Assembly (NCBI GenBank): GCA_002269645.1
Contig: NIVC01000517.1
Span: 373,253 to 437,252 of the forward strand
Direction: 5' to 3'
Origin: Macrostomum lignano
Lineage: Eukaryota
Length of the DNA: 64,000 bases
A model generated the notes under the pieces. That model was not told the origin of the DNA and searched no databases. It worked only from the letters and a program-made list of their open reading frames with translations. The translations under genes were made by a program, and so were the position numbers. Positions 37,901 to 50,100 of the stretch are shown here, one piece after another (position 1 is the stretch's first letter; each line of letters opens with the position of its first letter).

Positions 37901-38470
37901 AGTGGGGATGGAGAGGACACAGTGGGGATGGAGAGGGCACAGTGGGGATGGAGAGGACACAGTGGGGATAGAGAGGGCACAGTGGAGAGGACACAGTGGA
38001 GAGGACAGAACACTTAGCGGAAACGGGCACTCACATCCACCGCCTCTCAGGGAATGCTTTGGCCTAGGCTGGGGTAGCACAAGTGGCCGTTGGCGATCCA
38101 ATCTAGCTTCGATGCGCTTAGCAAAGTTAACCGAGCTGGTCGCGGTTCGCTCGCTTCCCCGGTGACTGTCAGCCTGACTTTCCCCTTCCTCCTCGACCTC
38201 GTCTGCCGTTTTGCTGTGGCTATTTCGGCTCCCCTCGCTAGGATGCATCCGACGTAGTCGCGACCGAAGTTGCCGATCGCTGAACTGATGCTTTAACGGT
38301 TTGTCGTGTAGTCTACGAGCGCTGATGAGGCTGCCAGACGCGTCCCACAATGGCGGATGCAGCGGCGCCGGGTTCAGTGTGCCCGAATGGTCGAAGCCAT
38401 CTTCAAGGCGTTGCACGCGTAAGTAGTGATCCAGCTGTCTGGACACAGCGCGAACAATCTCCTTAGACAT
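34942..38470 (-). CDS. Single PLAT/LH2-domain protein (~444 aa); exons 38470-38035, 36581-36040, 35298-34942
   Basis: PLAT motifs YTVTVVTGDRVGAGT...VRLTLCGDRGAS and QFARGRTDKF...VGQLRRIKVEH...WFLESVDI...FPCQAWL. GT-AG junctions in frame (1335 nt). Confidence 0.85.
35441..35850. mobile_element. MITE with 16-bp perfect TIR (CGCAGGGGCGTCGCCA) carrying a 21-bp minisatellite
   Basis: TIRs at 35441-35456 and 35835-35850, internal GAGTGCCTGCGGCGCTAAAAT copies; no clean TSD seen. Confidence 0.82.
36590..37170. repeat. 19-21-bp minisatellite (GGGGATTTTTGTGCGATTTG) in PLAT gene intron 1
   Basis: Tandem copies starting right at the acceptor. Confidence 0.95.
37171..38000. repeat. 20-bp minisatellite (GGATGGAGAGGACACAGTGG) in PLAT gene intron 1
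   Basis: Abuts the previous array with an abrupt switch. Confidence 0.96.
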
Positions 38471-39610
38471 GCTTTCTTTTCGTTTCTGTGCTAGCTTAGC
38501 TGGAGCTGAAAGGAAAAAAGCAAAGGATATTACTTGTATTACTGTATTGTACCTTGATCAGTTTCTTTTGCCAAAAAAGCTATATAGACCATATTAAGCA
38601 AAATCTATTGGACTAGATTATCGGTCTTTTTAGTGTGCCAATAAAACGTTTAACCTTACTTGTAAATGCGGTTATAGCCTGGTTTTTCGGCGCAGAAGCC
38701 CAAATAGTCTAGTCTAGAAAAAAATAGAAAACTTAGGTTAGGTACTTTTTGTACCTAAATGTATTTTTAACACAAATCTAATTACGTTTAGGGATTCGAT
38801 TTTCAAAAAAGCTACAGTTTGTCAATAAACTGATGTGGTAGTTTCGAACTAAACTTAGAAACTAAACTTTACATTGAAAATCTCAGCTAGTAAAAAGTGC
38901 ATATATCTTTGCGTGGCCTGTCTCTGTTTGAAAACAGATTAATCAAGCAGCTATCAATTACTAAATCATTGCCTGATTTGATATTAAATGCATAAAATTT
39001 CTTAATTTAAACGACAGAAATGGCACAAATTCAGCACACTTGATTGAAAATGAGATCGACTTATAACCAAGTGCTAACTATTCCGTTTAGTCCTAACTAA
39101 TTCTCGCTTTGACGAGTATAAAATAAAAGGAGAAAGTGAAGTTAAAATTATAAACCGACTCAGTCAAATAGCTTAGCAGTTTTATAGTTTTAAATTTTGT
39201 CGACGATATAATTGTTTATTAACTTCATAGCTTACAAAAATAAAATTTTTAGTGAAAACCTCAAAACAATACAGTTTAATTTGTTAAACACATAAGAACT
39301 TACAATTTTTTTGAATCATTCGCGTGATTTGCTCCAATTGATTTTGAAGCACCCCTATGCTATAAAGCTCGTTTAAATTAAGTAAAGCAATTAAATAGTG
39401 AGAAGGCCTATATTGCAATACAATTCTTACCTATTTAGTCTGGTTTAGTAACTTTTGTTTTTAGAATTAAACTTTGTATCCAAAAATTAACATCACAATT
39501 TACACAGCTTATTAAACGTTCTTATAACTTCTGCTTTTTGTACAATTAGCCTTGGCCTGTAATTTATTTTTTTCTTGCCATTAAAAAGTTTTTTTATTTT
39601 AGTAAATACA

Positions 39611-42600
39611 ATGAGTGATCAGTTTGTTGTTTTATCAGGTGACTTTGTTACCATTAAAATTACTGGAAGTGCAAGCGATTTCACAAGTGAAAGACGCTTT
39701 CCAAAAGGCATGACAATATTTGAACTCAAGGTAGGCAGATTTGGCTGATTTGTAAATATGTTGTTTATTGGTAATTAATTTTCTTTGCTATTTCACTGAC
39801 CCTTTTGGCTCTAAATATTAATTGTTTTTAAGTATACCTTATATGCTTTATTGAACAACAATATTAGGCCTACCTGATTTCTAATTGAATAGTGCATTTT
39901 AGAATGTATATAAATTTGGCCAATTGGTTTTTATTGACAATGACATAAAACCCATAGTCTGGATCATGGCAGGGTATATGCCAAACTAAAACTTGATGGA
40001 TCCACAGTTTATACGTCAATGTATACCAAATTTTTTCTGCCTTCCCTAATTGTATGCCACTTCTACAGGTACAAATTTCTTACTTCAAAACTATTTAACA
40101 AAAAATGGAGCATATCACAATTTAAATACAGTTACACCTATGTTATATATATCCCTGTTATACTGCAAGCAAGTAAAATATGTATTATGCATCTAGCAGC
40201 AGGTTTTATTAGAATATTAAAATTATTCAATAGAACAATAGATAGGAATATATTTTGTTAAGTGAGTGTGTTTCTAACATAAATTCCATTTTTTAATTAT
40301 CGTGCAAATTCCTAAAAAATACCGATGTTTATGTACATTACATTGCAAGTTGCAACAGCAACAGCGTATACGCCACTCATACCAATAGGTAGGGCCTAAT
40401 TTTTTGGTTGTATGCCAATGTACACCAATAGGGTTAGCAAGGGGTGACTGTATGCCAAATTGTACGCCAAATTAATTTGGTATACAGGCCATGATCTGGA
40501 CTATGGCATAAAACCAATGTTAAAATGTACATAATGGGAGTGAGATGGCTGCCCATTTGATGACAAACAAAATGAGGTAGCTGACCAAAGGGTGAGACTA
40601 AGGGGTAAGCAAATCATTATGCTAAATTCTATCATTTTCTTATGTAATATATGGCTTACAATTAATTATACATTACATCATTAGCTATATACCATACAAC
40701 TTTATTTAAATTTTAACAATTCAATGTCAGTAAAAACCAATTAGGCTCATTCCATATAAGATGGACATTTTTGGAAAATAGAAAAAAGTCAATATTTTTG
40801 CTTGCCATTGCCTTATCAGCCAATTTTTTTACCAAATGTTTTTTATGTGTAATATCTACAATCTAAGAATAAATGAATGATAAAATGTTAGATTAGTATG
40901 CTATCAAGTGGCAAAAAGTCATTTTTGTAAAAATTTAGACATTTTTCTAAGCAAAAGACATCATTAAGTTTGTGTACCTTTTAAAAACAAATAGAAAGCT
41001 TTGGAAGGTTGAAACAAACTATAGATAAAAGTATAGTACTTGCATCATCAGATAAAAGTATTGGTGACCAAATAATCTATTATATTTTTAATATATTGGT
41101 ACCTCAAAGTTACTGAATTGACAGAAAAAAATATGTTACGACCATAATGTTACGACCATAAGGCTGCCTTTTCTTTTGTATCTTTGTTGCCTTTTTGAGT
41201 TTATATATTCTACAAAAAAAGTATGATTACTAAAGATGTTCTTAGTCAAATTTTAAAAAATGTATTGCAAAATATCAAAAATAAAAATGTTATAAGACTT
41301 TTACCTTTTAGTTTCTGTATGTCAAAAATCCTGTTGTTACGACCATAAGTGCCATTCAAGGTTTAATAGCATCTATACTAATGATGATATCTACATGAAA
41401 CTCTATAAAAATATTTTTGACAAAATTATCTTTTATTTAAAATATTGGTTTAGTATATTCTATTATTATATTTCATTTTATAAGTAAAAATAGCCTGTCA
41501 TGTTACGACCATGCTTATATGGAATGAGCCATTAGATTTTTTGATATTGATCATATGAATATTAATAAACCATTTTTAATATACCATAGTCTTGAATATG
41601 CACTGTGTATGCAGGAACATCTCCTGGCTATGCATGCTACACGCAGAGGGGAAGAGGCCGGGAAGGTAGGTCCATGTCGCACATTGACAGACTGGGAGGG
41701 TCTGCAGTCTATGTTATGTGCAGACAGACCAGGGAGTGACTTGGATAAATATATAAACAAATACCCTCTAGGCTTCACAGCGTGTCATAGTCACAGCATA
41801 TCATAGCATGATGATTCACGAGTTGTTGCCTGCAGCAGCCTCTTGGTTGGCCTTCAACTTGGACTCAGGCTCTAGCTCTAGCACCAGTGGGTGGCCAATG
41901 AACAGGCAATAAATTTAGTAGTAAACTTATCTACTTAGATCACTTATCACTCTCCTATCTGGTTTCCTAGACTCTTTGTCCATCAACAAATTGAACAAAC
42001 TACTTTAAACTACATTAAATAAAATACTTTCTTGTAACACAAAAGAACAATATTTTGTCTAAAGTAAACATTAAAACCTATAAAATTTTAAAATACTTGT
42101 ATCTTTCCATTTTAAAGCACATTTTCTGTAAGCTAGTTTTTGTTTTTTAATTTTTAATTTTCTTGTCATTGTTATTATTATTTTTTTAACTTTGAAGTGC
42201 TGTGTGGTGTGTGCAGTATCCAATGTGCCATGCCTGTGTGTGCATTGCATAGTGCACACCATGCACACAGTGCGTGTGGTTCACACTATGCACATGGCGC
42301 ACGCCAGCCCTAGACCTAGTTGTGTGCGAGAATAACCCCCACAGAGTAACATACTTGGGAATGTTGTTAATATAGGCCTATAGGTATAATATATTCTATA
42401 GTCTAGAAAGTAAAGGTTGGATATGATCATAATTGTGATCATAGTTTTGTGAATTCATGACCATTTTTTCACCATTGTGATTTCCTTGAAACCTATTTAT
42501 AGTGTTGTGAATTTTTGCTTACTTTTTTATTTAAATTAGGGCACATAACTTTTCTATTTGATTTACTAAAATAAAAATGTGAACATAAATGTGCAAAGCA

Positions 42601-45600
42601 ATAATAAATTTTACATTTAATTGACTTGACAATACTACTGAGTATCTATTGCTTAATATATAATTATAGAGGGCCTAATGGTTTCTTGTTTTGTTATTTT
42701 TTATACTTGAAACTTTTGAACTCATAATATATGTATACATAGTAAATAAAGGAGAAATTCACATTCACAATCACACCTGACTTTGAAAATTTCATTAATG
42801 AAATTTGCTTGAAATTAAAAAAGGATAATTATAGTTTCTTAAAAAGAAATAGATGCATTATAATTTATTAAGTCTTTGTTTTCAAAAGAATTTATTATAA
42901 AAAATATATGCAATATGTAATCATCTTTAATGTTAGTATAAAAATTTCTCTTTCAATTTACTTTAGCATAGAATTAAAAAAATAGACTTTTGCTTGGTAT
43001 GATCTAGATTTTATGTTATATTGTATTGGTTGCCACTATATTATGGCTCATTCCATATAAGATGGACATTTTTGGAAAAAAGAAAAAAGTCAATATTTTT
43101 GCTTGCCATTGCCTTATCAGCCAATTTTTTTACCAAATGTTTTTTATGTGTAATATCTACAATCTAAGAATAAATGAATGATAAAATGTTAGATTAGTAT
43201 GCTATCAAGTGGCAAAAAGTCATTTTTGTAAAAATTTAGACATTTTTCTAAGCAAAAGACATCATTAAGTTTGTGTACCTTTTAAAAACAAATAGAAAGC
43301 TTTGGAAGGTTGAAACAAACTATAGATAAAAGTATAGTACTTGCATCATCAGATAAAAGTATTGGTGACCAAATAATCTATTATATTTTTAATATATTGG
43401 TACCTCAAAGTTACTGAATTGACAGAAAAAAATATGTTACGACCATAATGTTACGACCATAAGGCTGCCTTTTCTTTTGTATCTTTGTTGCCTTTTTGAG
43501 TTTATATATTCTACAAAAAAAGTATGATTACTAAAGATGTTCTTAGTCAAATTTTAAAAAATGTATTGCAAAATATCAAAAATAAAAATGTTATAAGACT
43601 TTTACCTTTTAGTTTCTGTATGTCAAAAATCCTGTTGTTACGACCATAAGTGCCATTCAAGGTTTAATAGCATCTATACTAATGATGATATCTACATGAA
43701 ACTCTATAAAAATATTTTTGACAAAATTATCTTTCATTTAAAATATTGGTTTAGTATATTCTATTATTATATTTCATTTTATAAGTAAAAATAGCCTGTC
43801 ATGTTACGACCATGCTTATATGGAATGAGCCTTATGTATATTATCTTTCCATTGAAAGGAACCCTAAAGCAAAAATTAACTAAAAAATAAAGAAGTAACT
43901 ATAATTGTCCTTTTAAGGCTAAATACTTTTTCAGCTGATTAGTATGTAATAGACATGTAATTACTATGTCTATATTTTTAGATAGGCATTTTTGCAACTT
44001 ACCTTGGCTGGGCTCCTTGCTAGCTAGCTAGGTTGGCTGGGTATTGCACATGTATTAGTGCATTCTAATGTTGGATTTAAAACTGCATTATAATTTTCAG
44101 CTTTAGGTGCCTTTTATTCAATTAGGAAATTAGGTTGGGTATACCAATATTAAAATTGCTGGAATAACTAGATATGGGGTTATCTAGTTATCTTGACATA
44201 TGGGGTTATCTAGTTTCTAGACATAGTGTTAAGAATAAAAAACAAGAATTTAACTCAATGTACACAAGTAAATGCAAGATGGATGAATTTCAGTCTAGAG
44301 AGCAGTAAGGAGAGAGGTCAAAGTCAGACAAAAAACTCAGCCTAAGTGGGGTAGGCCCAATCCATCTCAGCCAATCAGAGAGCAGTAAGGAGAGAGGTCA
44401 AAGTCAGACAGACAAAACGCAGCCTAAGTGGGGCAGGCCCAATCTAGCTCAGCCAATCAGAGAGCAGTACGAAAAAAGGTCAGTCAGACACGAGCAGGCA
44501 AGAGGCAGTCTAACTGGTTATTGGCTTATTACACGCACTGAGTTTGATGCAGGTGAAGATTCGATTTTTATGTGTTTGCTAGAGGCAACCATACATGCGC
44601 AACCTCCAAAATTCGGTCGGCCATGCGACTTAGTTTTACTTGAAGTAACAAAAATGCGACGTAGTTTTTGGCCAAAAATGCGACTTACATGTAAAAAAAC
44701 CCTAAAGCAAAATTAACGCAACTTTGGGTAAACGGCAGGAGTAACTATGACTGTCTTATAAATCAAAATGCTTCGTCAGCTACTTAGTAGTACTACTTTG
44801 GTATTTTTTCGGGTGGGCATTTTTGCGACTTCCTTGATTGGCCGCCAAATCGATCGGCCGACTCGGCCGACTGTTGCGCATGTATGGAGGCAACTGTTGC
44901 AGATTCAAAATATATCGTGTACAGTTTAGTAGATTCATTATATTAGACTATGCCGGTGTAGAATTATGCTAATTACCAAGTCTCTTACCCGACTGCGCAG
45001 AGCAAACTCGAACTAGTGACGGGATGCTCCTGCTCAACAATGACCCTAGAACTATACGACACCGAGGACAAACTAGTATGCACCCTATCTAACAATGACG
45101 CTATGCTGGGCTCCTATCCAGTCGAGGACGGCATGCGTATTCATGCCAACGATCCGGCTTCCAAGGGTGCTTTTGATTTTGCCGCTGCCGGAGCTTCGGC
45201 AGACGGTAAACCGCTCTACACTATGAGCGACGAAGAATACAGAAAGAAGGGCGACACATTTCTGCAGTTTAAAAAGGCCAATAAATTGGGTGAATTTGCT
45301 GAAGTCGATCCCGAAGCAGAGCGAAAGAACCGCGAAGCCGAAGCGGAGGAGAAAGCTCTAGCCGAGACTATCACTGTTGGCAGTCGGTGCGAGGTAAACA
45401 GTGATCCCAATCTACTGTTTATTTGCATTCTTCATATGATAGTTAGTTGTTGCTTTTGTACAAATCCTTACTTATTCGAAATTTAAATAAACTTAACAAT
45501 TGACATCCCAGTCTTCATTGGCCCGAAACCCATGAATTTTTGTTGGCTGACACCAGTCCTCTCCCTGAACCTTCAGCTGACACCTATCCCCTCCCTGAAC

Positions 45601-46816
45601 CTTCAGCTGACACCTATCCCCTCCCTGAACCTTCAGCTGACGCCAATCCTCCCCTCGAACCTTCAGCTGACACCAATCCTCTCCATGAACCTTCAACTGA
45701 CGCCAATTCCCCCCAAAACCTTCAGCTGACGCCAATCCTCTCCCTGAACCTTCAGCTGACGCCAATCCTCTCCCTGAACCTTCAGCTGACGCCAATCCTC
45801 TCCCTGAACCTTCAGCTGACGCCAATCTCCTTCCTGAACCTTCAACTGACGCCAATCCTCTCCCTGAACCTTCAGCTGACGCCAATCCTCTCCCTGAACC
45901 TTCAGCTGACGCCAATCCTATCCCTGAACCTTCAGCTGACGCCAATCCCCTTCCTGAACTTTCAGCTGACGCCAATCCCCTTCCTGAACCTTCAACTGAC
46001 GCCAATCCTCTCCCTGAACCTTCAGCTGACGCCAATCCCCTTCCTGAACCTTCAGCTGACGCCAATCCCCTTCCTGAACCTTCAGCTGACACCTATCCCC
46101 TCCCTGAACCTTCAGCTGATGCCAATCCTCTCCCTGAACCTTCAGCTGACGCCAATCCCCTTCCTGAACCTTCAGCTGACACCTATCCCCTCCCTGAACC
46201 TTCAGCTGACGCCAATCCTCTCCCTGAACCTTCAGCTGACGCCAATCCTCTCCCTGAACCTTCAGCTGACGCCAATCCTCTCCCTGAACCTTCAGCTAGC
46301 TCCAATCCTCTCCCTGAACCTTCAGCTGACGCCAATCCCCTTCCTGAACCTTCAGCTGACGCCAATCCTCTCCCTGAACCTTCAGCTAGCTCCAATCCTC
46401 TCCCTGAACCTTCAGCTGACGCCAATCCTCTCCCTGAACCTTCAGCTAGCTCCAATCCTCTCCCTGAACCTTCAGCTGGCTGACGCCAATCCCCTCTCTG
46501 AACCTTCAGCTGGCTTCATCCCCTTAACTCGTCAATATTTAACCCAGCCCCGCTGTCACCCCCTCCCCGTCCGCAGGTGTCCGTGCCCGGCCAGGCCTCC
46601 CGTCGCGGCGAGGTGGCATTCGTCGGCCAGACGAGCTTCAAGCCCGGCTGGTGGATCGGCGTCCGTCTTGATGAGCCGTTTGGCAAAAACGACGGCAGCG
46701 TAGCCGGCAAGCGCTACTTCCAGTGTCCGCCCAAATATGGTGGCTTCTTCAAGCCGAAAGATGTCGCCATTGGCGACTATCCCGAATTGGGATTAGACGA
46801 ATTAGATGAGATTTAA
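39611..46816 (+). CDS. TBCB: Tubulin-folding cofactor B; exons 39611-39730, 45001-45393, 46577-46816
   Basis: Ubl domain ([16 protein letters not shown]|SKLELVTG...LELYD...[13 protein letters not shown]) and CAP-Gly ([27 protein letters not shown]). GT-AG junctions in frame. Confidence 0.95.
39952..40506. mobile_element. Non-autonomous TIR element (555 bp), TIR CCATAGTC(T/C)(G/A)GATCATGGC, 8-bp TSD CATAAAAC
   Basis: 17/19 TIR match and exact 8-bp flanking duplication. Confidence 0.82.
40744..41530. mobile_element. 787-bp TIR element copy A, 17-bp TIR GGCTCATTCCATATAAG, 4-bp TSD ATTA
   Basis: Perfect TIRs, internal TGTTACGACCAT motifs, near-identical to copy B. Confidence 0.92.
43045..43831. 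mobile_element. 787-bp TIR element copy B, 4-bp TSD TTAT
   Basis: Same TIRs as copy A, different TSD and flanks. Confidence 0.92.
44297..44500. repeat. ~80-bp tandem repeat, about 2.5 copies, containing AGCCAATCAG
   Basis: AGAGAGCAGTA restarts at 44297, 44377 and 44459. Confidence 0.8.
44590..44886. mobile_element. hAT-type MITE (297 bp), TIR CATACATGCGCAAC, 8-bp TSD GAGGCAAC; inverted relative to the 15938 copy
   Basis: Perfect TIRs and TSD. Confidence 0.92.
45545..46515. repeat. 30-bp minisatellite (CCTTCAGCTGACGCCAATCCTCTCCCTGAA) in TBCB intron 2
   Basis: About 32 copies. Confidence 0.97.
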
Positions 46817-47125
46817 GCTAGCCCTAGAAGACTGGATCAATTGGTATTGACTCCGCTCATAGTAGCCTAATAGTAGCCTCCAATTCCACGTCTTGCTTTT
46901 TTGCTTCTGCTGGCTATTTTTGTTAAAATATGTTTTTAAAGCTTGTAATTTAATTTGCTACTAGAGTAAAAATATATAGGCATAGAAAATACACTACTCT
47001 ATAAGTAGTAGGCTTTGATTTTGATTTTCTTTTTTTTCCTTTTTTCAGAAAATTGTTCCTTTTTTGTCAACTTCTTTATCATAAGTATTGAAAAACTAAC
47101 ACATATAAATTTCAGTCAAGAATAA

Positions 47126-50100
47126 ATGGCAGTTTTGTGCGAATTTGAGCTGCAAATAATTGGCAAGTTCAATGAAGCGGCAACATCAAAGGGAAGCGAT
47201 GGAGATGGACCTGACTGTCCGGAGAATTCTACATTCTTGGATGAGTTAAGGGTGGAAATTTGCGAAAAGTAAGGAAATCCTTCTTGATTCACTACTTTAA
47301 ATGGAGTAGCGGGACCCGCTCAAGGATCGGGAAGGGTGTCGGGACCCGCTGAAGGATCGGGGAGGGTGTCTGGATCCGCTGAAGGATCGGGGAGGGTGTC
47401 GGGACCCGCTGAAGGATCGGGGAGGGTGTCGGGACCCGTGGAAGGATCGGGGAGGGTGTCGGGATCCGCTGAAGGATCGGGGAGGGTGTCGGGATCCGCT
47501 GAAGGATCGGGGAGGGTGTCGGGACCCGCTGAAGGATCAGGGATGGGTAGCATTGACCCACTGAAGGATCAGGGATGGGTAGCATTGACCCACTGAAGGA
47601 TCAGGGAGGGGGTGGTATTGACCCACTGAAGGATCAGGGTGGGGTAGTATTGATCCACTGACGGATCAGGGTGGGGTAGTATTGATCCACTGACGGATCA
47701 GAGAGGGGGTAGCATTGACCCACTGAAGGATCAGGGAGGGGTAGCATTGATCCACTGACGGATCAAGGAGGGGTAGCATTGACCCACTGAAGGATCAGAG
47801 AGGGGGTAGCATTGACCCACTGAAGGATCAGGGAGGGGGTGGTATTGACCCACTGAAGAATCATGGAGGGGTAGCGGTGACCCACTGAAGAATCATGGAG
47901 GGGTAGCGGTGACCCACTGAAGGATCAGAGAGGGGTTAGCGGTGACCCACTGAAGGATCAGGGGGGGGCAATAGCACCTATTGTAGGAACTCAAAGATTT
48001 GCTCATACAAGTCGCTAATCGATAGTGCAATACCTTAAATTTCCATTATTTGCAGGCACGGCAGTGTAGAGAATTACCTGGACCATCTATTAGACAGCTA
48101 CATCCAGAGCAACTACTTGGGTCCAGTCGCGTCTGAGGCGGCTTCTGACACGCCTGGTTCAGTCAATAAGAAGTGCCAGGCCTACCTTCAGTCAGTCTGC
48201 TCCGAGCCCGTATCTGTCAAGTCGAAGCATTTGCACTTTTTAGCTCTTGGCCAATTTATTGTCGACAGTCTGCTGCTGCCGGCATTTCAACCAATGCATT
48301 GCTTGTATTCGGCTAGGCTAATAAGCTTGCTGCAAGATCTGTTAGAAGATAAAGCTCCGGCTCTTCATAAGCGTCTGATGAGTATCGTTGAGAATGGTGT
48401 TCAATTAGACGGTTAGTTGGTTTCAGTGGTGCAACTTGATCGAATTTATTGCTCTTAGTTCAGCACACATCGAAATTTCCCTGTTGCTAGGGTAGCTCAT
48501 AGCTAAACCGTTAGTTGTTTATTGTGGAGGCTGGCCCGTTGCTAGGCAGTTGTTAAGTAACTGTTCTGTTGCTAGACAGTTGCTAAGGTAGTTTTCCGTT
48601 GCTAGACAGTTACTAAGGTAGCTGTTCCGTTGCTAGACAGTTGCTAAGGTAGTTGTTGCGTTGCCAAACAGTTGCTAAGTTAACTGTTTCGTTGCTAGGC
48701 AGTTACTAAGGTAGCTTTTACGTTGATATGTATTTGTTTCGTTGCTAGGCAGTTACTAAGGAAGCTTTCAGTTACAGTTACAGTTTGTTCCTAAGCTGCT
48801 GATCTATGACTAAACAGTTCGTTGCTAAGGAAGCTGATCCGTTGCTAAGCGTTTTGTTGCTACATAAGCTATCCGGGTTTTGTGTTGTTACCTGGTTTCT
48901 TATGTTGCTAACCCGCTTCTATGCAGCGTCTCATTTCTGTTGCTATGCGAGCTTTCGCTCGTCGCTAATCTAAAATTACTGCTCCATCATGCAGACCCAG
49001 ACGACGATTTGACCAGCTCGCCAGAAGCTGTCGCCAAATTCGAACGCTACTTCGAGCATCAGCTCCTGCTAGCGCAACTCTGCTTAGCCTATTTCGAATC
49101 TCGTCATGCTATTCGAATTGTGACCGAGTGCCAGGCCCGCCTGGGATTGACAGCCAGTCTGAGCGGGGCTGCCGGAGTTCGAACTCGATTTCAGCAGACC
49201 AGTCACGCCCAACTGTACCTGTCTATCGATGCCAGGCATGCCGGACTGCGGGATTATCAAGCTGAGCTGGAGGCCTCTGGATCCCAGCTTCCTAGAGATG
49301 TTGCCCCTACAGATGACACTTTGTTGCCAACAGTGAAATTCTCGGAGACCGATTCGGACGCCGAGTTGGCTAGATTAGCCGCCTCTAATCTGTCGCCAGT
49401 TGAGCAGGTCTGCCTGTTGGCCGCTTCGGACTGTCACAGGCGAAGTCGCGCTTCTGACGGCATTATCGAAGAGGAATTATTGGCCTACGCTAATGCCCTG
49501 TTGATTAGGCCAACTAGTTGGTCTGCGACTGCTGCGGCCTTGCTGCGAAGGAGTCGCATTGAACTGGGACTGCTGGGTGAGCCATTACCTTCGGAATTCA
49601 TCTCGAAGCCTTTAGAGATTCCAATTCCAAAATCCCAATGGGGAGAAATCTCATTTAAAAATCCCAATGGGAAGAAATCTCATTTAAAAATCTCAATTCC
49701 AAAATTCCCATTGTGAGAAATCGCCTTTAAAAATCCCAATTCCAAAATTCCCATTGTAAGAAATCGCCTTTAAAAATCCCAATTCAAATTAATATTGAGA
49801 GAAATCTCATTTAAAAATCCCAATTCCAAAATCCCAAGGGGAGAAATCGCCTTTAAAAATCCCAATTCCAAAATTCCCATTGGGAGAAATCACCTTTAAA
49901 AATCCCAATTCCAAAATTCCCATTGGGAGAAATCACCTTTAAAAATCCCAATTCCAAAATTCCCATTGGGAGAAATCGCCTTTAAAAATCCCAATTCCAA
50001 AATCCCAATGGGGAGAAATCTCATTTAAAAAATCAAAATCCAAAATCCCAATGGGGAGAAATCTCATTTAAAAATATCCCAATTCCAAAATTCCCATTGG

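Noticed and set aside
37025-38034. Cys/His/Pro-rich extension of the 481-aa ORF (zinc-finger-like appearance)
   Set aside because: Read-through past the GTGAGT donor at 38034 into an intronic 20-bp array.
41575-41920. GC-richer island in TBCB intron 1 with a short - strand frame ([25 protein letters not shown])
   Set aside because: No start or acceptor in frame and no recognisable motif; cannot support a nested gene.
45493-46703. ORFs of 199-387 aa
   Set aside because: 30-bp array in TBCB intron 2.
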